Shown here: in pieces, positions 49,845 through 63,953 of the stretch | Numbering within the stretch: position 1 is the stretch's first letter | How the letters are laid out: the number at the start of each line of letters is the position of its first letter | Source: Octopus sinensis | Taxonomy: Eukaryota | Direction: 5' to 3' | NCBI RefSeq assembly: GCF_006345805.1 | Contig: NC_042999.1 | Coordinates: forward strand, 94,426,001 to 94,490,000 | Length of the DNA stretch: 64,000 bases | Translations under genes and position numbers: made by a program | Notes under the pieces: model-generated | Seen by the model: only the letters and a program-made list of their open reading frames with translations | What the model was told of the DNA's origin: nothing | The model's database searches: none

Positions 49845-49892
49845 AAGACACTTGATAAAGGCTGGAAGGTATATCAGCCGAAACGTTGTGTT
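49845..49892 (+). ncRNA. Degenerate minimal hammerhead
   Basis: GACAC-TTGATAA-A-GGCTG..CAGCC-GAAA-CG-TT-GTGTT; C3 and G8 mutated. Confidence 0.65.
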
Positions 49893-51304
49893 AACAACAA
49901 ACAAGATGAGGACAAATATCCGTCGAATATAAATAATCTAAGTAATGTAAATAATGTAAATACAGAATGATTACTGCTTCAACACTTTTCATCACAGACC
50001 TGCTTCTTCACTACTGACCTAGGTGTCACAAAACTAAAGATACAGGGATCACTCTTTTTCATTAATTCGTTCATTGTTACTCTTGTTCATTAATCCCGTT
50101 CATTGTTACTCTTATTGAAGAAATGGCCAAATCGATAAAGATATGATGAACGTAGGTGCTATACATTGACAGAAATGTCTCTCAGTGGTCATGTTTATTA
50201 TAACATTGGAAATGTAAGGATGATGACAAAATTATACTCTAGTATTTCCCGATCCTATATGCTCTAAGAGACTAAAAATTATACCGGTTTTCCACTACAC
50301 GAAGCTGTTCCTAGATTTTGAACTTCAGCTAAGTTAAGACCTTACTAATTCAATTAATAATAATGTAATGATAATTTTTTACCAATAATAATTAGGATAT
50401 TTTTATAGAAAGCATTCTTATATACACTACAGGTGGAAGCATATATAGTTCTGCTAATACAGAATTTGAGCTACAGAACTTTATTTTCTCAATATGTAAG
50501 CCGTATATATAAAGGCCATTATTTGCACTGAGGTAACTAATTAGAACCATACATCGAATCGCTGTTTCGGACACAATACAATTCAGCTTTAGTTACCAGG
50601 CGCCATGATTGTGTCTCTAATTAGCAATAGATTTTACTTTTCTCGTCGGCTTTACTCACAAGTAACTGAACAAAAACCACGTCATTTTGAGATATCACAA
50701 ACTACAATAACTCAGACACAAAGAAGTCTATTAACTGCAATTGAATGCTGTTTATTATTCGAGTTGCTTTGTTATGCGACGAAAGCTATTTTAATTATGA
50801 TATTCATATCGTGTCTATTAAGAACAAAGACATTGGCATTTCAAAAGTAATACTAAAGACAGATGCTTCTAAATGTATGATAAAATATAGATTTATTGAA
50901 ATTATTATTATATGAATCTCCTATCTGTAACTATGCTTCCAAACAGATTATTTTAAATTATATAACTTCATATACATTAGGATAGTTATTACTCATTAAC
51001 ATTATGGAGAAGAAAACTTTTCTGCATAGTACCATCATTCTCCTTGCAATTTCGTGTTCAGTTTTTAATTTTATGGATTATATAATGGATCTTGGAAGAC
51101 CGACACAGTATACATATTCGCAAACTGTATTTTCATTGTATTCATCTTTATTGAAATTCCTTTATCAATATTTCATAAGGGAAGTCGTAGCAACAGCGCT
51201 GCAGTTTTTTCTGTTGCTTCCGAACTACATGAGGTTAAAGTTTAATGTATTCGGACAGACCTGCGCCTTAAGACTTGCGCAATAGTGCTAATAATCACAT
51301 TAAC

Positions 51305-51518
51305 CGTTTCAAATTTTGGCACACGGCCAGCAATTTTGAAGGAATGGTTAAGTCAATTGCATTGAGCCCATTGCTCAAATGGTGCACATTTGAGGCAAGT
51401 CGATATGATGAAAGGCAAGTTGATTTCGGTAGGATTTGAACTCAGAGCATGAGGACACACGAAAAGCTTCTAAGAATTTATTCTGGAATGCTAATGCTTC
51501 TGCCACCTCACAACCTTA
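51305..51518 (-). mobile_element. Old SINE family C variant
   Basis: GATGAAAGGCAAG..GGATTTGAACTCAGAGC..ATGCTAATGCTTCTGCCA. Confidence 0.6.
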
Positions 51519-53834
51519 TAATAATGCAGTTAATAGTGTATATATAAGTATATATGTAAATATGTAAATGTATGGATGAATTAACTGCAACCTGTCCAGT
51601 GTTACAAACACAATGCCACAGTACTTACCAATATCACTGAGTTACTACTTCAGCCTCTCAATAGGTATCGCTCACCGTGGTATGAAAACGCAAAAAGATT
51701 GCGCTTATCTACACGGTTGATAACTCTGGCATTAATAATTTCTATAGACTATTGGTTATTTCATTAGGCGTATATACAAAAAATACCATCTACTACGTAT
51801 TAATCTACATATTCATGACTGTAAAAGCGCTACAAGTATATCAGACAGATCTAGGGTAGACAATTCTAGGCCCTGAATTTATTAATATCTATTTGATTCA
51901 CAGTCTGAGCCCATGTGCGCTAAACTACGCGTGCGCATATGATTATAACTTCGTGTAAGTTTGTACGAGCGAATGTACGTACAACAGACACTGTGTATAT
52001 TTCCCCAAATCTAATAATTTATTTTATTGTTGTTTACCCAAAATGAATTTATATTTCTGTTGTCCTTTAAACAAATAAATTCATGTACTTATTTGTTTAT
52101 ATAAGCATATCCATGACCATATTTCTTGTAACAGCACATAGCCTGATGTTCATTTTTTACCAATATTTTAGAAGGACACATCACTGCGAAACACATATAC
52201 TTCCGTTCGATCTTGCCTCAAATACTTTGTTGAACATCAAACTCAAATAATGTATTCAATAAGACAATGGTACGTCGATATGTATTACTCTCGTAATGTC
52301 AATGCCTCGTTAATCCTACGCTTCATTCCAAGCTCATTCCTATCACGCATAATTATCCAGATTAATGTGTTATGTAGAAATATAGACGTTAATAACATGA
52401 ATTTTCAAAGAGCACTTAATGAATGCAGCAACTCCTTAGAAATGCATTTTCTTGAATAGTCAATTTCTTTCGAGAACTATTTTACACTGATAAGTATTAA
52501 TCATTGTAACTGATCAATATTAACCATGCTTTGTCATTTCAAGCTACTAAATAAAAAGTTAAATTATAGGGTTGAAATATTTAACGAATACAATATCGGA
52601 AAACTTTTCAAATGGGAGTGACGGAGTAAATACATAACATATTGTAGAGTAGTAGTATTTAAGTACTGACAGTGAAATAATGAATCAAAATAAATATTCT
52701 ACTTTATAATGACTAACACCCATTAATCTGCATTCATATCATAGAAGACTAAATTCTGAGAAAATAGAATATTAGATAAAATGAAACAGTATATTACAAG
52801 TACTTACTCTAGCAACTCTGTGAGGATGAAAGAGACAAGTGACTAGTGTGATACATGCAAGCCGTCCTAACAAAAAATAACAAAAAAAATATCAGAATAT
52901 GAAATTTCATGATGATTATACGCTCGAATATCTTTGCTATCGAGTAGCAATACTAATTTAGGAGGAGTGAAGCATGTTGTTTCCAACGCTCAATAAAATA
53001 GTTTTCATTATGATGCAAGGGTTGTTTAGAATTTTACCGACACGATAAATGTTGAAACAATTACGTGTTTCGTGGGAGCTGTTATGAATCTAAAAGCGGA
53101 TCCCGATAAGAAAAAAAGAATAGATATCTTCACACAGTTGAATATCCACACTTTGGTGTCTCATAGATGATCAATAATGCCAATTTACAGATTTAACATA
53201 TTTAATTGTTTCTCAGGTAAAATCCCCGAGCAATTTTGGCAGATTTCGTTAAAAAAACGTCACGAGCTAAACGACCAGCTGAATACATAGAAATATGTGT
53301 GTGCATGCCAGCGTATGAATTAGATATACTGCTATAGTGATTTTATCAACTGAAACATGTGCACTGGGCCTCTTAAAATACATTAACTTAGACAACGTGT
53401 TAATCAATTAAGCAAATAGTTAGTCTGTTGCTTGATAAATCAATATACATCACTGTATTTTTGGCCTTTATTGCCTACAAACCAAACGGTGTGTTCTCGT
53501 TACACCAGGTCTGCCTCATATTTTTAGTCTCCCTCTCTATGTAAACGTGTATGTGCGTGCATGCATGTATGTATATATAGTAGTATGTATATTTGTGTGT
53601 GTGTATGTGTGTGTGTGCGTGTTTGTATTCTGTGTAAGCATACAATTTTGAGAATAATTTTGTACGTTCCGACTAATCATGTTGTTCTTTGTGCTACATT
53701 TCTTTATCATATGTAACAGCTCCACAGAGAGAACTCTGAAAAAAAGCACTGATATTAAATAAATGTTGGATGCACCATTATGAGCAATGCAATAAGGAAA
53801 TCCACGAAACTACTAGGTGGAACGAAAGTGGAAT

Positions 53835-53853
53835 ATATATGTGTGTGTGTGTG

Positions 53854-53886
<33 letters not shown>

Positions 53887-54002
53887 TGTATACTCAAAAC
53901 ATCATCATACAATCATATATACTCACACACATATAATGTATATATATATATATACATATATATGTATATATATATATATATATACATATATACATATACA
54001 TA

Positions 54003-54055
<53 letters not shown>

Positions 54056-54095
54056 TATATACATATATATATAATTGCATGTATGTGCATATATA
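53835..54095. repeat. (TG)n and (TA)n microsatellites
   Basis: Directly visible. Confidence 0.9.
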
Positions 54096-54242
54096 CATGT
54101 GATCGTGTGTAGGTTTGTAGGAAATGTAAGCGATATGTTTTAGATTAAGCTGATTTATCAATTTCAATATGACACAGTCTTCCCTCCCAATAGATACAGC
54201 AATCTATGTAATTATCAAAGATAGAACGCCAGAAGATAAGGC

Positions 54243-54297
54243 GAATACCAATTTATCTGGGAATACCAATTTATCTGGGAATACCAATTTACCTGGG
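54243..54297. repeat. 18-bp minisatellite x3 (GAATACCAATTTATCTGG)
   Basis: Three consecutive copies, one substitution. Confidence 0.9.
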
Positions 54298-55830
54298 ACA
54301 TAGCCGATGTTGGAATAATTTATAGTCATATATGGTAAAAATAATAATTTAACCAGTATATTCCCGTGTAAGTGGCAAAGCACGAATATCTCCTTCCGTG
54401 ATAGTGCGCGTAAGATGTTGCTTATATTGCAATGAGCCACTGGGAAAATTTGTTTATTGTTTCTGAGCTTAATCAGCTTATGGAGTGCAACATAGAGAGC
54501 AGGTTTCTCTCTAAGAATGTGAATCAACTCAAATATCTTATACCATTTAAATCTTATAATCCGAGGACTTTAACGTATTGATATTTTGGGATGTTATATA
54601 CTCAAATTCTGGCTTTCTTATGCAGGTTCCACTCATTTTGTTATGAAATTTTATAGATTGAAATTATTTCAGAGGAGAAATACAACCACATTAAGTGTAT
54701 ATATTTGACAGCTGTGATCAGTACATATACGGAAACAACCGTTTCATTCAGTTTATTTCTGAGATGTAAGTATCTCATTATTTAAAGCTGAACAGGACTC
54801 CATTCATTCTGATGTGTTGGCAGCATACGATTTCGCAAATGTAATCGACTAGAATATCAAGACAGACAAAATCTCTCACTCAAATGTGTTCGTCACCCAC
54901 TAGACATGTAGAATTTCAAGATTATAAAAGTTTACCCCTTACACTAAGTTCATTATGTTCACTCATCATGTATAATAGGCGCCGTGCGAATAGTAACCTA
55001 TGATCGTGTATTTATGTAAGTGTTTGTACCTTGCTTACTCTCTCTCCCTCACATTGTCTGTCTATAAATATGCATATGTGCCTATGTGTATCTGTGTACA
55101 TCTATACACATACATTCTTGTTCTTTTCTTTCGTTCTCCAATCTTTAACAGATGTTAGCTAATGAGTATGTGGTGTCAGCCTATTAATTCTCAAGTAAAA
55201 GCTTTCTTGCATCTAATCACAGACGGTGTATTCAACATATGTTAAACGATATAACATTCTCAAATTTGAGATTTCTAATGGTTTAAATGACACAGTTCAG
55301 GCAATCCGTCATCCGTACAATTTGGTAAGCATTTACAGTTGGATGATTTAGTATATTCAAAAATCAATTTCCTTAGCTGCTGACACAGTGTTCTACTGTT
55401 GCGTTTATGATTTTGTGATATTTACTCACTTTATGTACAACCGTACACAAGTTCATATGTAATTGCTTATATGTGTATGCATGTATGTATGCATGTATGC
55501 ATACACATATATATTCATATGCATGCATATATATATATATATATATATACAGATAAAACTTACTTGGAAAAGGATGCGTGGCGTTCGATCATATAATAAT
55601 ATAAATAATATATAAATATATGCATATATACATATGCATAAAATTCGTTTCTATGTTTTTATGGTTTCGTTTCTCATTGTGTTCAACGTATTTTAATGTC
55701 CTGTACCCATATATGCATGCGTTTATACATTATGTGGTATGTACATATGTATATATGCATATATTTATATATTATTATTATTATTTAATATATATTTATA
55801 TATTATTTATATTATTTATATTACTTGATA

Positions 55831-55877
<47 letters not shown>

Positions 55878-57067
55878 CGCACACATAATTATATGGAGCA
55901 AGAGTGAGTAAAGGAGAGATCAACAATCATTTGCCCTCCTTCAAGATCAACAATAATGATAGGATAATTTTTAAGTTTGTTTTATGATTTTTATTTTCAT
56001 TGTTATCTCTCTTTAACTTAACTACATATCACCTACCTTGTAAAGACATTGCGTCTCGGAGTGACCTACTGTAATCTATAGCTCGTCCTCGTTTACTTTC
56101 CTCTCCAAGCTCAGTCTTATTTTGAGTCTTCCATATTATATTATACACTGACAAGTATACATATGAACACACACACACACCGGTGAATGTCGTTCAAAAT
56201 TATCGCTTCGTCACACCTAATATTCTGCTAAATTTAGTTGCATATTTTTCTCTTTTATAAATTAAACAACTTTCAAGTTTCTTTAAAGTTGAAACGTGAT
56301 GTATGTACAAAAACGCACACATATGCATACACGCACGCCCACGTGCGGAAACCCACACGCAAAGGGACATGCATAAGTACAACCCCCACAGGTCTCCGAA
56401 AGTTTTGATTCACCTCACCTTTCTCTCTTAATGTTAAGGCAAATATAGCTAGAAGATTTTTGCACTTAGTATTTAGGCACTTCCCTAGTACCCATAGATA
56501 CAGCAAAATCTTTGAAAGACACACGACAAAACTTACCTTTTCTTGTGACTTAAAGAAGAAGGTATCATTATCGACATCAAATGGAAAGTCCTCTCTTAAT
56601 CGAGTCTACATATTAACGGGTCCCAAAAATCTTCAGTTTCTCTTGAAAAACTGTACCTCTTAAAAAACTCGAGAACCTCCAACGAATACTAAATTCAAGG
56701 AACGAGTTTTGTTAAATGTGTCCGCATTTCAAGAAATGTATATTGTCGGAATTTAAAGGTAGACACCTAGACATTTAGTAAACCATTTAGATTTGGCTTA
56801 CGTCTGTATGACATCGAATTATTGTAATGTTAATCTCCTTTTTGTTTTTTTTCTTTTCTTCTCTACAAACGCCACTTGTTTAAACGTTATCTGCTCAAAA
56901 CACAACTGAAAACGGTCTTGTTTCATTTTGATAACTGGCGGAATAAATTATTATTTCTATCAAGAAACTCTGTAGCTGTATTTCCAAGAATTATCCTTGC
57001 CCTCTTTGCTTATGAAGAGTTTTCCTACTTGTTGAATTATTACTACATAACATATGTATACACCTAT

Positions 57068-57111
<44 letters not shown>

Positions 57112-57288
57112 TATATATATATATATATATTTATATATATGAAATAGTGTATATTTAAACACAATAGAAAACTACTTTTAACAGGTCAGTTTTAGACGCT
57201 AGAAGAAGCAGTCAAAACGACCAAAACCACATTTAAGAGCAATTTTGGAAGGGAATGAAAAATAAAGACTTCTACCTTGTAATTTTGA

Positions 57289-57359
57289 CGGTTATACCTA
57301 GGTTTCAGATTTCTTTAGCAAATAAAATAATTTGCTAGGCGAATCCTCATCAGTAACCG
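57289..57359 (-). ncRNA. Canonical type I hammerhead ribozyme, unit 1
   Basis: Minus: CGGTTA-CTGATGA-G.GATT(cgcc)TAGCAAAT(tatttt)ATTTGCTA(aaga)AATC.T-GAAA-CCTAGG-TA-TAACCG. Perfect 6-bp stem I, palindromic stem III, GUA site, cut between 57295 and 57294. Confidence 0.88.
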
Positions 57360-57868
57360 TGCCTTAAAAACTAACATATAATTTAGAGACAAATAGAGAC
57401 ACGTCACTCATCATTATATGTTATAATCTTTTTTAATTCACCGCGTAAGCGCAGTTTCAGTTGGCAGTAAATGGATAATGCCGACCTGATATTCGAAATG
57501 CTAAAATCATATTCGTAAGATATAATAGGGTAGCGAATATTCTTAGAAATTTAACCACCAGTGGCCTAGCATGTATAAAAAGTCATTATTCAACATATTC
57601 CCAATATAAAATAGTGTACTATATATTTTAATCATGCTACCTATATTCATGTGTGTGCGTGCGTGTGTATACGTATAATATATATATATATATATATAAT
57701 ATATATATATTTATATATATGAAATAGTGTATATTTAAACACAATAGAAAACTACTTTTAACAGGTCAGTTTTAGACGCTAGAAGAAGCAGTCAAAACGA
57801 CCAAAACCACATTTAAGAGCAATTTTGGAAGGGAATGAAAAATAAAGACTTCTACCTTGTAATTTTTA

Positions 57869-57939
57869 CGGTTATACCTAGGTTTCAGATTTCTTTAGCA
57901 AATAAAATAATTTGCTAGGCGAATCCTCATCAGTAACCG
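57869..57939 (-). ncRNA. Canonical type I hammerhead ribozyme, unit 2
   Basis: Identical to unit 1, offset by 580 nt; cut between 57875 and 57874. Confidence 0.88.
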
Positions 57940-58254
57940 TGCCTTAAAAACTAACATATAATTTAGAGACAAATAGAGACACGTCACTCATCATTATATG
58001 TTATAATCTTTTTTAAATTCACCGCGTAAGCGCAGTTTCAGTTGGCAGTAAATGGATAATGCCGACCTGATATTCGAAATGCTAAAATCATATTCGTAAG
58101 ATATAATAGGGTAGCGAATATTCTTAGAAATTTAACCACCAGTGGCCTAGCATGTATAAAAAGTCATTATTCAACATATTCCCAATATAAAATAGTGTAC
58201 TATATATTTTAATCATGCTACCTATATTCATGTGTGTGCGTGCGTGTGTATACG

Positions 58255-58310
<56 letters not shown>

Positions 58311-59643
58311 TATACGTATACACACGCACAAACACACACATGAATATAGATATGGATATTGGTATACTTCCGTGTGTGTATGTGAAAATTATATGTAATA
58401 ATGAGTGTTATTTCGTCTTCTGTTGCTTAACTATTTCTGTGAGCATTTTTTTTATGAAACTTCAATGAATTAAATTATATTTTATTATATGGCCAATTTT
58501 TGCAGTCGTACACGTAATGAGAGTGGAAATAGAATAGAAACCGATAATTATTGGAATTAGAAATCATAAATATATTTTTATCATCTCCAAATCCATGAGA
58601 ATATATTTTATTTTTAAGCGGGGTGTTGTAGTATTGTCAGAACATATTATTATTGCATTTTATTATACCAAGCTTAAAATGTTAACTTTATTTCTATTCC
58701 CATTGTGAAGAAAATATTTTTTTAATTTCATATATTACAAGTCTTAAACTATAAAATGAATACGCACAAATTATTAAATACCGGAGAACAAATAAATTCA
58801 TTTAGATTAATTTAATTCACATTATAGATGGAAATATGAAGTATTATCTGAAGATCTTATTTCAGTTTGGTTGAAATTAGAGACGGTTCTTTCGTTGAAT
58901 TGTATAAAAACGTTTGGAAAATAAATAAGAATCCGTCTAATTGATTTCGATTGAATTAATTTTACGTTGACGATCTTTTACTTGTCTTTCGTAACTAATA
59001 CGTTATGGAAACGCGTGAATAAAAATCGTTATCAACTATATGAATATATACGCATTTGGTAACGACAATATTCATATCTTTTGAACTTTAGTATCTAGAC
59101 AGCACATTTAAAATATTCTGCGTAAATTTATGTAGCATAGACTTTGCTTGTTTTTCATGATCGTTTGATAAGTTTATGAATCGCATTTTACCATATAATC
59201 ACATTTTGCCATATAAATATGGCCCTTCCCTTCTCGTGTATAATGTAGTACTTAGAAGTATGTAATCTGATGTGGCTAAAGTAGATGTCTGAGAAACATT
59301 AGTAGATTAGTTGTTTGATTAAGTTGAAAGTTTCTAATGGGGAAGGATTTAAATTTTTTTCTGAATCATTGATTAACCTGTGTTTCACGATTACCAGTGT
59401 ATAACTTACTCCTGCTTAATACTTAAAGTCTGTAGATGAGTTATTTTGAGGCCGGTATATTACGCATAATTGTTCACTTCAGTCCAGTCTTTATAAAGTC
59501 CCTGCTAAGAAATCCAACTATAAACAGATGTTCTATAGCCACAATAAAAACGTGAACATATACGCGAGGGACTAAGGTAATATATCTAATATTCTCTCCA
59601 TGCTCCGTTGGCAGAACAGGCATGCAGCTCACGTCTCAATGCA

Positions 59644-59686
<43 letters not shown>

Positions 59687-60659
59687 CTGATAGATTTTAA
59701 ATTTATCTATCTGATGAAAATTAAATAATTACAGAAATATGGATCATAAGGGCATTTCCTTCTTGTAATTTAACAAGTTTTTCTACTTGTAATTTGGGGC
59801 AAGAAGTTCTAAATATGATATATTAATAATTTTTGTGGGAAGGATAGTCAGTCTAATCTCACTGAATCAATATCATGAGTGTAGTATATTAATCAGGGAT
59901 CTTAGATAATTTGGTCATTACCATAATTTTTGACAATGTTCTGTGTACTAATCTAAGGTCTTTAATATTCTGGAATATAGTATGAAAGGAAATATAATAT
60001 ACGTCTTCCTTTATGTGTGTTATACAGTATCTAGCTCATTGTTTCCAAGGTTTATGAAATTGCTTGATCTCTATTTTCTAATTTGATTCAAGTATATCAT
60101 CTAGAAAATCTGCTTACTGTCTGGAGCAGTGCTGCTTAACGTTCAACAACTGCAGCTTACATCTTGCTACCCGCTTCAATCGATGATTTATTATCTTCCT
60201 GTCGTATGTGGATTCAATTTCAATTGATTTAGCAACAAAAGGAGAAAGAAGGGAGTCCTCTTCGAAAGTTGTTCCTTTCAGAAACGATGGTTTTTACCCA
60301 TAATTTCTACAATTTGCCTCATGTGTTTAATGTGTTTGCATACGATTAAAACGTTCTAAGGTTCAATTTTCACTGATACACTTGAGTGAAACAATACTAA
60401 AAACATTGTAAGAGTTTATCCATTCCAAACGCAACATTTTATTTCGTTTCCATGCATTCTCGTGAGTAAAACAAGCCCTAGTCATGTAATGCAATCATTT
60501 AAATCGATTGTAGACTTGCGTGAATATATCTGGCTTGCGTTGAAGTTAGAAATATTAGTTTCCATTTCACTTCTCAGGGCTCTTGATTTCAGTTGTGCCG
60601 CTCAATTCTGAAAGAGCACACAACTTGTTGTCAAATGTCGCACAGGGTCTCTTTCCACG

Positions 60660-61915
60660 ATATTTAACACTCAAATACCAAGCTAAAATTCATTGCCGTC
60701 CCAATAAAGCAGATTTCTGAGCGTGTGCTCTCCTCATGTCAGTCCCAGTTTCTTCAACACATTAATCAAACCTGGATGTATCCCAGTGCCCCTATAACTA
60801 CTGGGATAACAGTTACTCTCTTTATTACCCACATTCGTGCAAATTTCATATTTACTAGCTTGTATTTCTCAATCGTTTCCAGTTCTTGCCCACCCATTCG
60901 TGCATCACCAGTTATGGCAATATCTAGGATTTTGGTTTCCTTCGATATTGTATCAGTTTCAACCATGGCTGGTCTCCGAGCATCAATCATTGATTAACAC
61001 TGGATTTTAACATTCAGCAAGATCTTCTCTTCATTATTCTCCGTGACGTTTTGTTGTTTACGCTCGTACCATTTCAATGTCCTTTGAAGGCTGCACTTAG
61101 CCCAATAATCTCCAATGTACATACTTAACTACGTTACCATGCTTCCTTTTGTGTTCATTTTGGGCCAGTTTGCTAAACTCACTCACAGTGAGACTGCTTC
61201 ACTTTTGATGCCACACATCCTACAAAGGGACGTTTCACTGCTCTGGTCTGTATAGAATTTGGTGTAATTAGTTTTCAGATCTTGCTCCTGAAAGCTGCAT
61301 GTCAATGACTCAGTGCTGATTTTTCTATCAATTTCGTGAAGCTCCATCTTTGTTCATCTAACTGCACCTGAACTATATCACATTTAAGAGACAGCCTATG
61401 TACTTATTGTGCAGACGTTGTTCTTTCTAGTGAGTCTACTCTCCATAATTAACTTGTTTCTCGTGTGTTATTCTCGCTTTAAGCTTTCATTTACCTCACT
61501 CTCCTTCAATTTCTCATATTCTACAAGACCCAAACACTTATATCTATCCACTTCAACATCCGTAATTCTCTCACCGATGGGTAGTTCTACACATCGAATG
61601 ACACTACTTTGCTTTTTTCTATAATGAGCATACAATACTTTTAATCCCAAATTCCACTCCGATATTCTTAATGAATATCTGCACTGTTGAAACCAGGCCG
61701 GTTCTTTTAGGCTCAATCTTACTGAAGTTCTTTAAGTCATCCATATACAACTTTTCAAGTTGAACTCCGATCGTACATAATGCAATAGCTGTGTGGGTGG
61801 TTTCATAACAAATCATAAACAGCAATGGTGAGAAACTCTCTCCCTGAAATATACCTCTCCTGGTGCCAATTGTCGCCAACATTCTCTACATGATGTTAAC
61901 TCTGTATTCCAGAAT
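60660..61915 (-). mobile_element. Decayed R4/Dong-like LINE: RT end, CCHC knuckle and RLE
   Basis: RRGIFQGESFSPLLF, LYMDDLK, YKCLG, CRMCG..SEAVSH..KH (zinc knuckle), RRPAMV..ILDIAITGD..EKY..VIPVVIGALG. Confidence 0.85.
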
Positions 61916-62002
61916 GTTATCAGACATCTATGTAAATGTTATCAGACATCTATGTAAATGTTATCAGACATCTATGTAAATGTTATCAGACATGTATGTA
62001 AA
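61915..62002. repeat. 22-bp minisatellite x4 (ATGTTATCAGACATCTATGTAA)
   Basis: Four consecutive copies. Confidence 0.92.
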
Positions 62003-62204
62003 TTCAGAAATAGAATACTATGCCATAAGCTTTCATATAATCGATCGACACCATACTCAAAATGTATGCCTTTTCTTAGAGACGCACAGCACCATTCTGT
62101 CTATCAGAAGTTGATCCTTCTTCCTTCGGCTTTTCTTCCTGTATCCTTTCTTCCAATCAAGATCAAAAGCCATGAGAGCCACTGCCTGCTAATGCATCAG
62201 TGCA

Positions 62205-62510
<306 letters not shown>

Positions 62511-62512
<2 letters not shown>

Positions 62513-63002
62513 CTAGCCTTATTTTTATCACGTGCTTTCACTGGACTACCGAGCGTAGCTCTGTGTGCCTTGGGTATTGGTTGTGGTTTGTTGTGATCCT
62601 TTTATCTTTACTGTATTGAGAATGCTTTACGTAGGATGTCTGCAATGCCTAGTAGTGCTATTTTCTGTATGTTATATATCATTGTTAGTCCAGGTGTTTT
62701 TGCTATGTATTTGATTTTTTTTATCATACCTAATGCGCCTACTATACTAGGAATTGCTTCTGTTTTTAGACTCCATATTTGGGTTACCTCTATTTGCAGG
62801 GTTTTTGTATTTTGAAAGTTTCTCAATTTCTTTTAGAGAAACCTTGTCTTCTGATGGTATTAATACATCAATTAGAAAGCATTCTTTTATTGATGATCTT
62901 TGACAATTATATCCGGCATATTGGCCTTAATTTCTCTTTGTATTGGCATATCCCTTTGTATGGTAATTTTCTCATTTTCTGTGACTTTTTCTTGCGTGTG
63001 TC
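62511..63002 (-). mobile_element. 3' end of an R4/Dong-like LINE (same family as 14249-14534)
   Basis: KVTENEKITI..DMPIQREIKANMPDIIVKD; EVTQIWSLKTEAIPSIVGALG..IQKIALLG; shared 3' UTR CCCAAGGCACACAGAGCT.CGCTCGGTAG, ending in (AAT)n. Confidence 0.85.
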
Positions 63003-63894
63003 TTATTATTGTTATTGATGTTGTTGTTGTCGTCGTCGTCGTCGTCATCGCCATCATCATCAACATCATCATCCTCATCATCATCATCGTTCTGGTTGTC
63101 AAATTCTGCAGTATAATATTTCTTGTTGTCAGATTCAGTCAAATCCATGATATTCATTCATCCCATGCTTTAATTATGAACCTTAAAAACAAATAGTGTA
63201 AAACCTATGTTTAAAACTATTACATACATGAAACATTATATACAGCTCCAATCTATTGTCTCAAAACTTTAAAGAAAAGATGTATGAAGAGATTGCAATT
63301 TGTAAGGTATTAGTTTCTTACATTCACAAGCCTCGGTAAATTCCATACATTTTAGATCATTTTCAACGTACCTTTGAGGACAGAGAACTTGCTAAATCGC
63401 AAGTGGCAAATTTGGTCGTATGTATAGAGCACTTGCAGCTGCTTTTCGTGAACTCCAGTTGAATATATAGCTCACACGACGATTTTCCAGTGCAATTTTT
63501 TTTCATTTCTTAAATCAGTAGTATTCCCTTTATATCCGTTCAGATATAACATTTTATCCATGAATCCCTGTCAGCAATGATTTTATAACCATATTAATGC
63601 ATTACTGACGGTTTTTTTATGTTACTTTCTATTTCAGTATACTTTAAGAGCATTATAAATCAATAAATGCCTCACTGCATCTGCAGTAAGAGTCATTGGG
63701 GTTAAAGTAATTGCCTATAATCTCTATTCAGGGAATAGTTTTTTTTCTTCAATCTTCTTTGATGCTGCAAACCTTAAAAGAGTAAAATAATGCTTTTTCT
63801 ACCTTTATCTTACGACATCTGTTTTGAGATAATTCTCTTAAACACTTTACATTATTCCCTTATATTCTATTGGGAATATTCGAAAAAATCGATA

Positions 63895-63898
63895 GTTT

Positions 63899-63953
<55 letters not shown>
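63895..63953. repeat. (ATT)n microsatellite
   Basis: Directly visible. Confidence 0.95.

Larger units (their letters stand above)
49363..49962. mobile_element. Head-to-head short element: B-box fragment + (AAT)n + hammerhead tail (minus, 49363-49751) with an inverted tail copy (plus, 49751-49962)
   Basis: 49400-49545 and 49800-49962 are inverted repeats. B box GAGTTCGATTCC on minus at 49722-49733. Tail homologous to 15180-15336. Confidence 0.85.
57141..58261 (-). repeat. 580-bp tandem dimer bounded by (TA)n, each unit carrying a hammerhead ribozyme
   Basis: Units start at 57141 and 57721. Outside the TA tracts, only 1 substitution and 1 single-base indel were seen. Confidence 0.93.

Noticed and set aside
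51004-51285. 93-aa ORF with a hydrophobic, signal-peptide-like N-terminus
   Set aside because: AT-rich codons give hydrophobic residues by chance; no recognisable family or supporting context.
57141-58261. CRISPR-like or prokaryotic interpretation of the tandem and minisatellite repeats
   Set aside because: No repeat-spacer structure and no cas genes; the context is eukaryotic.
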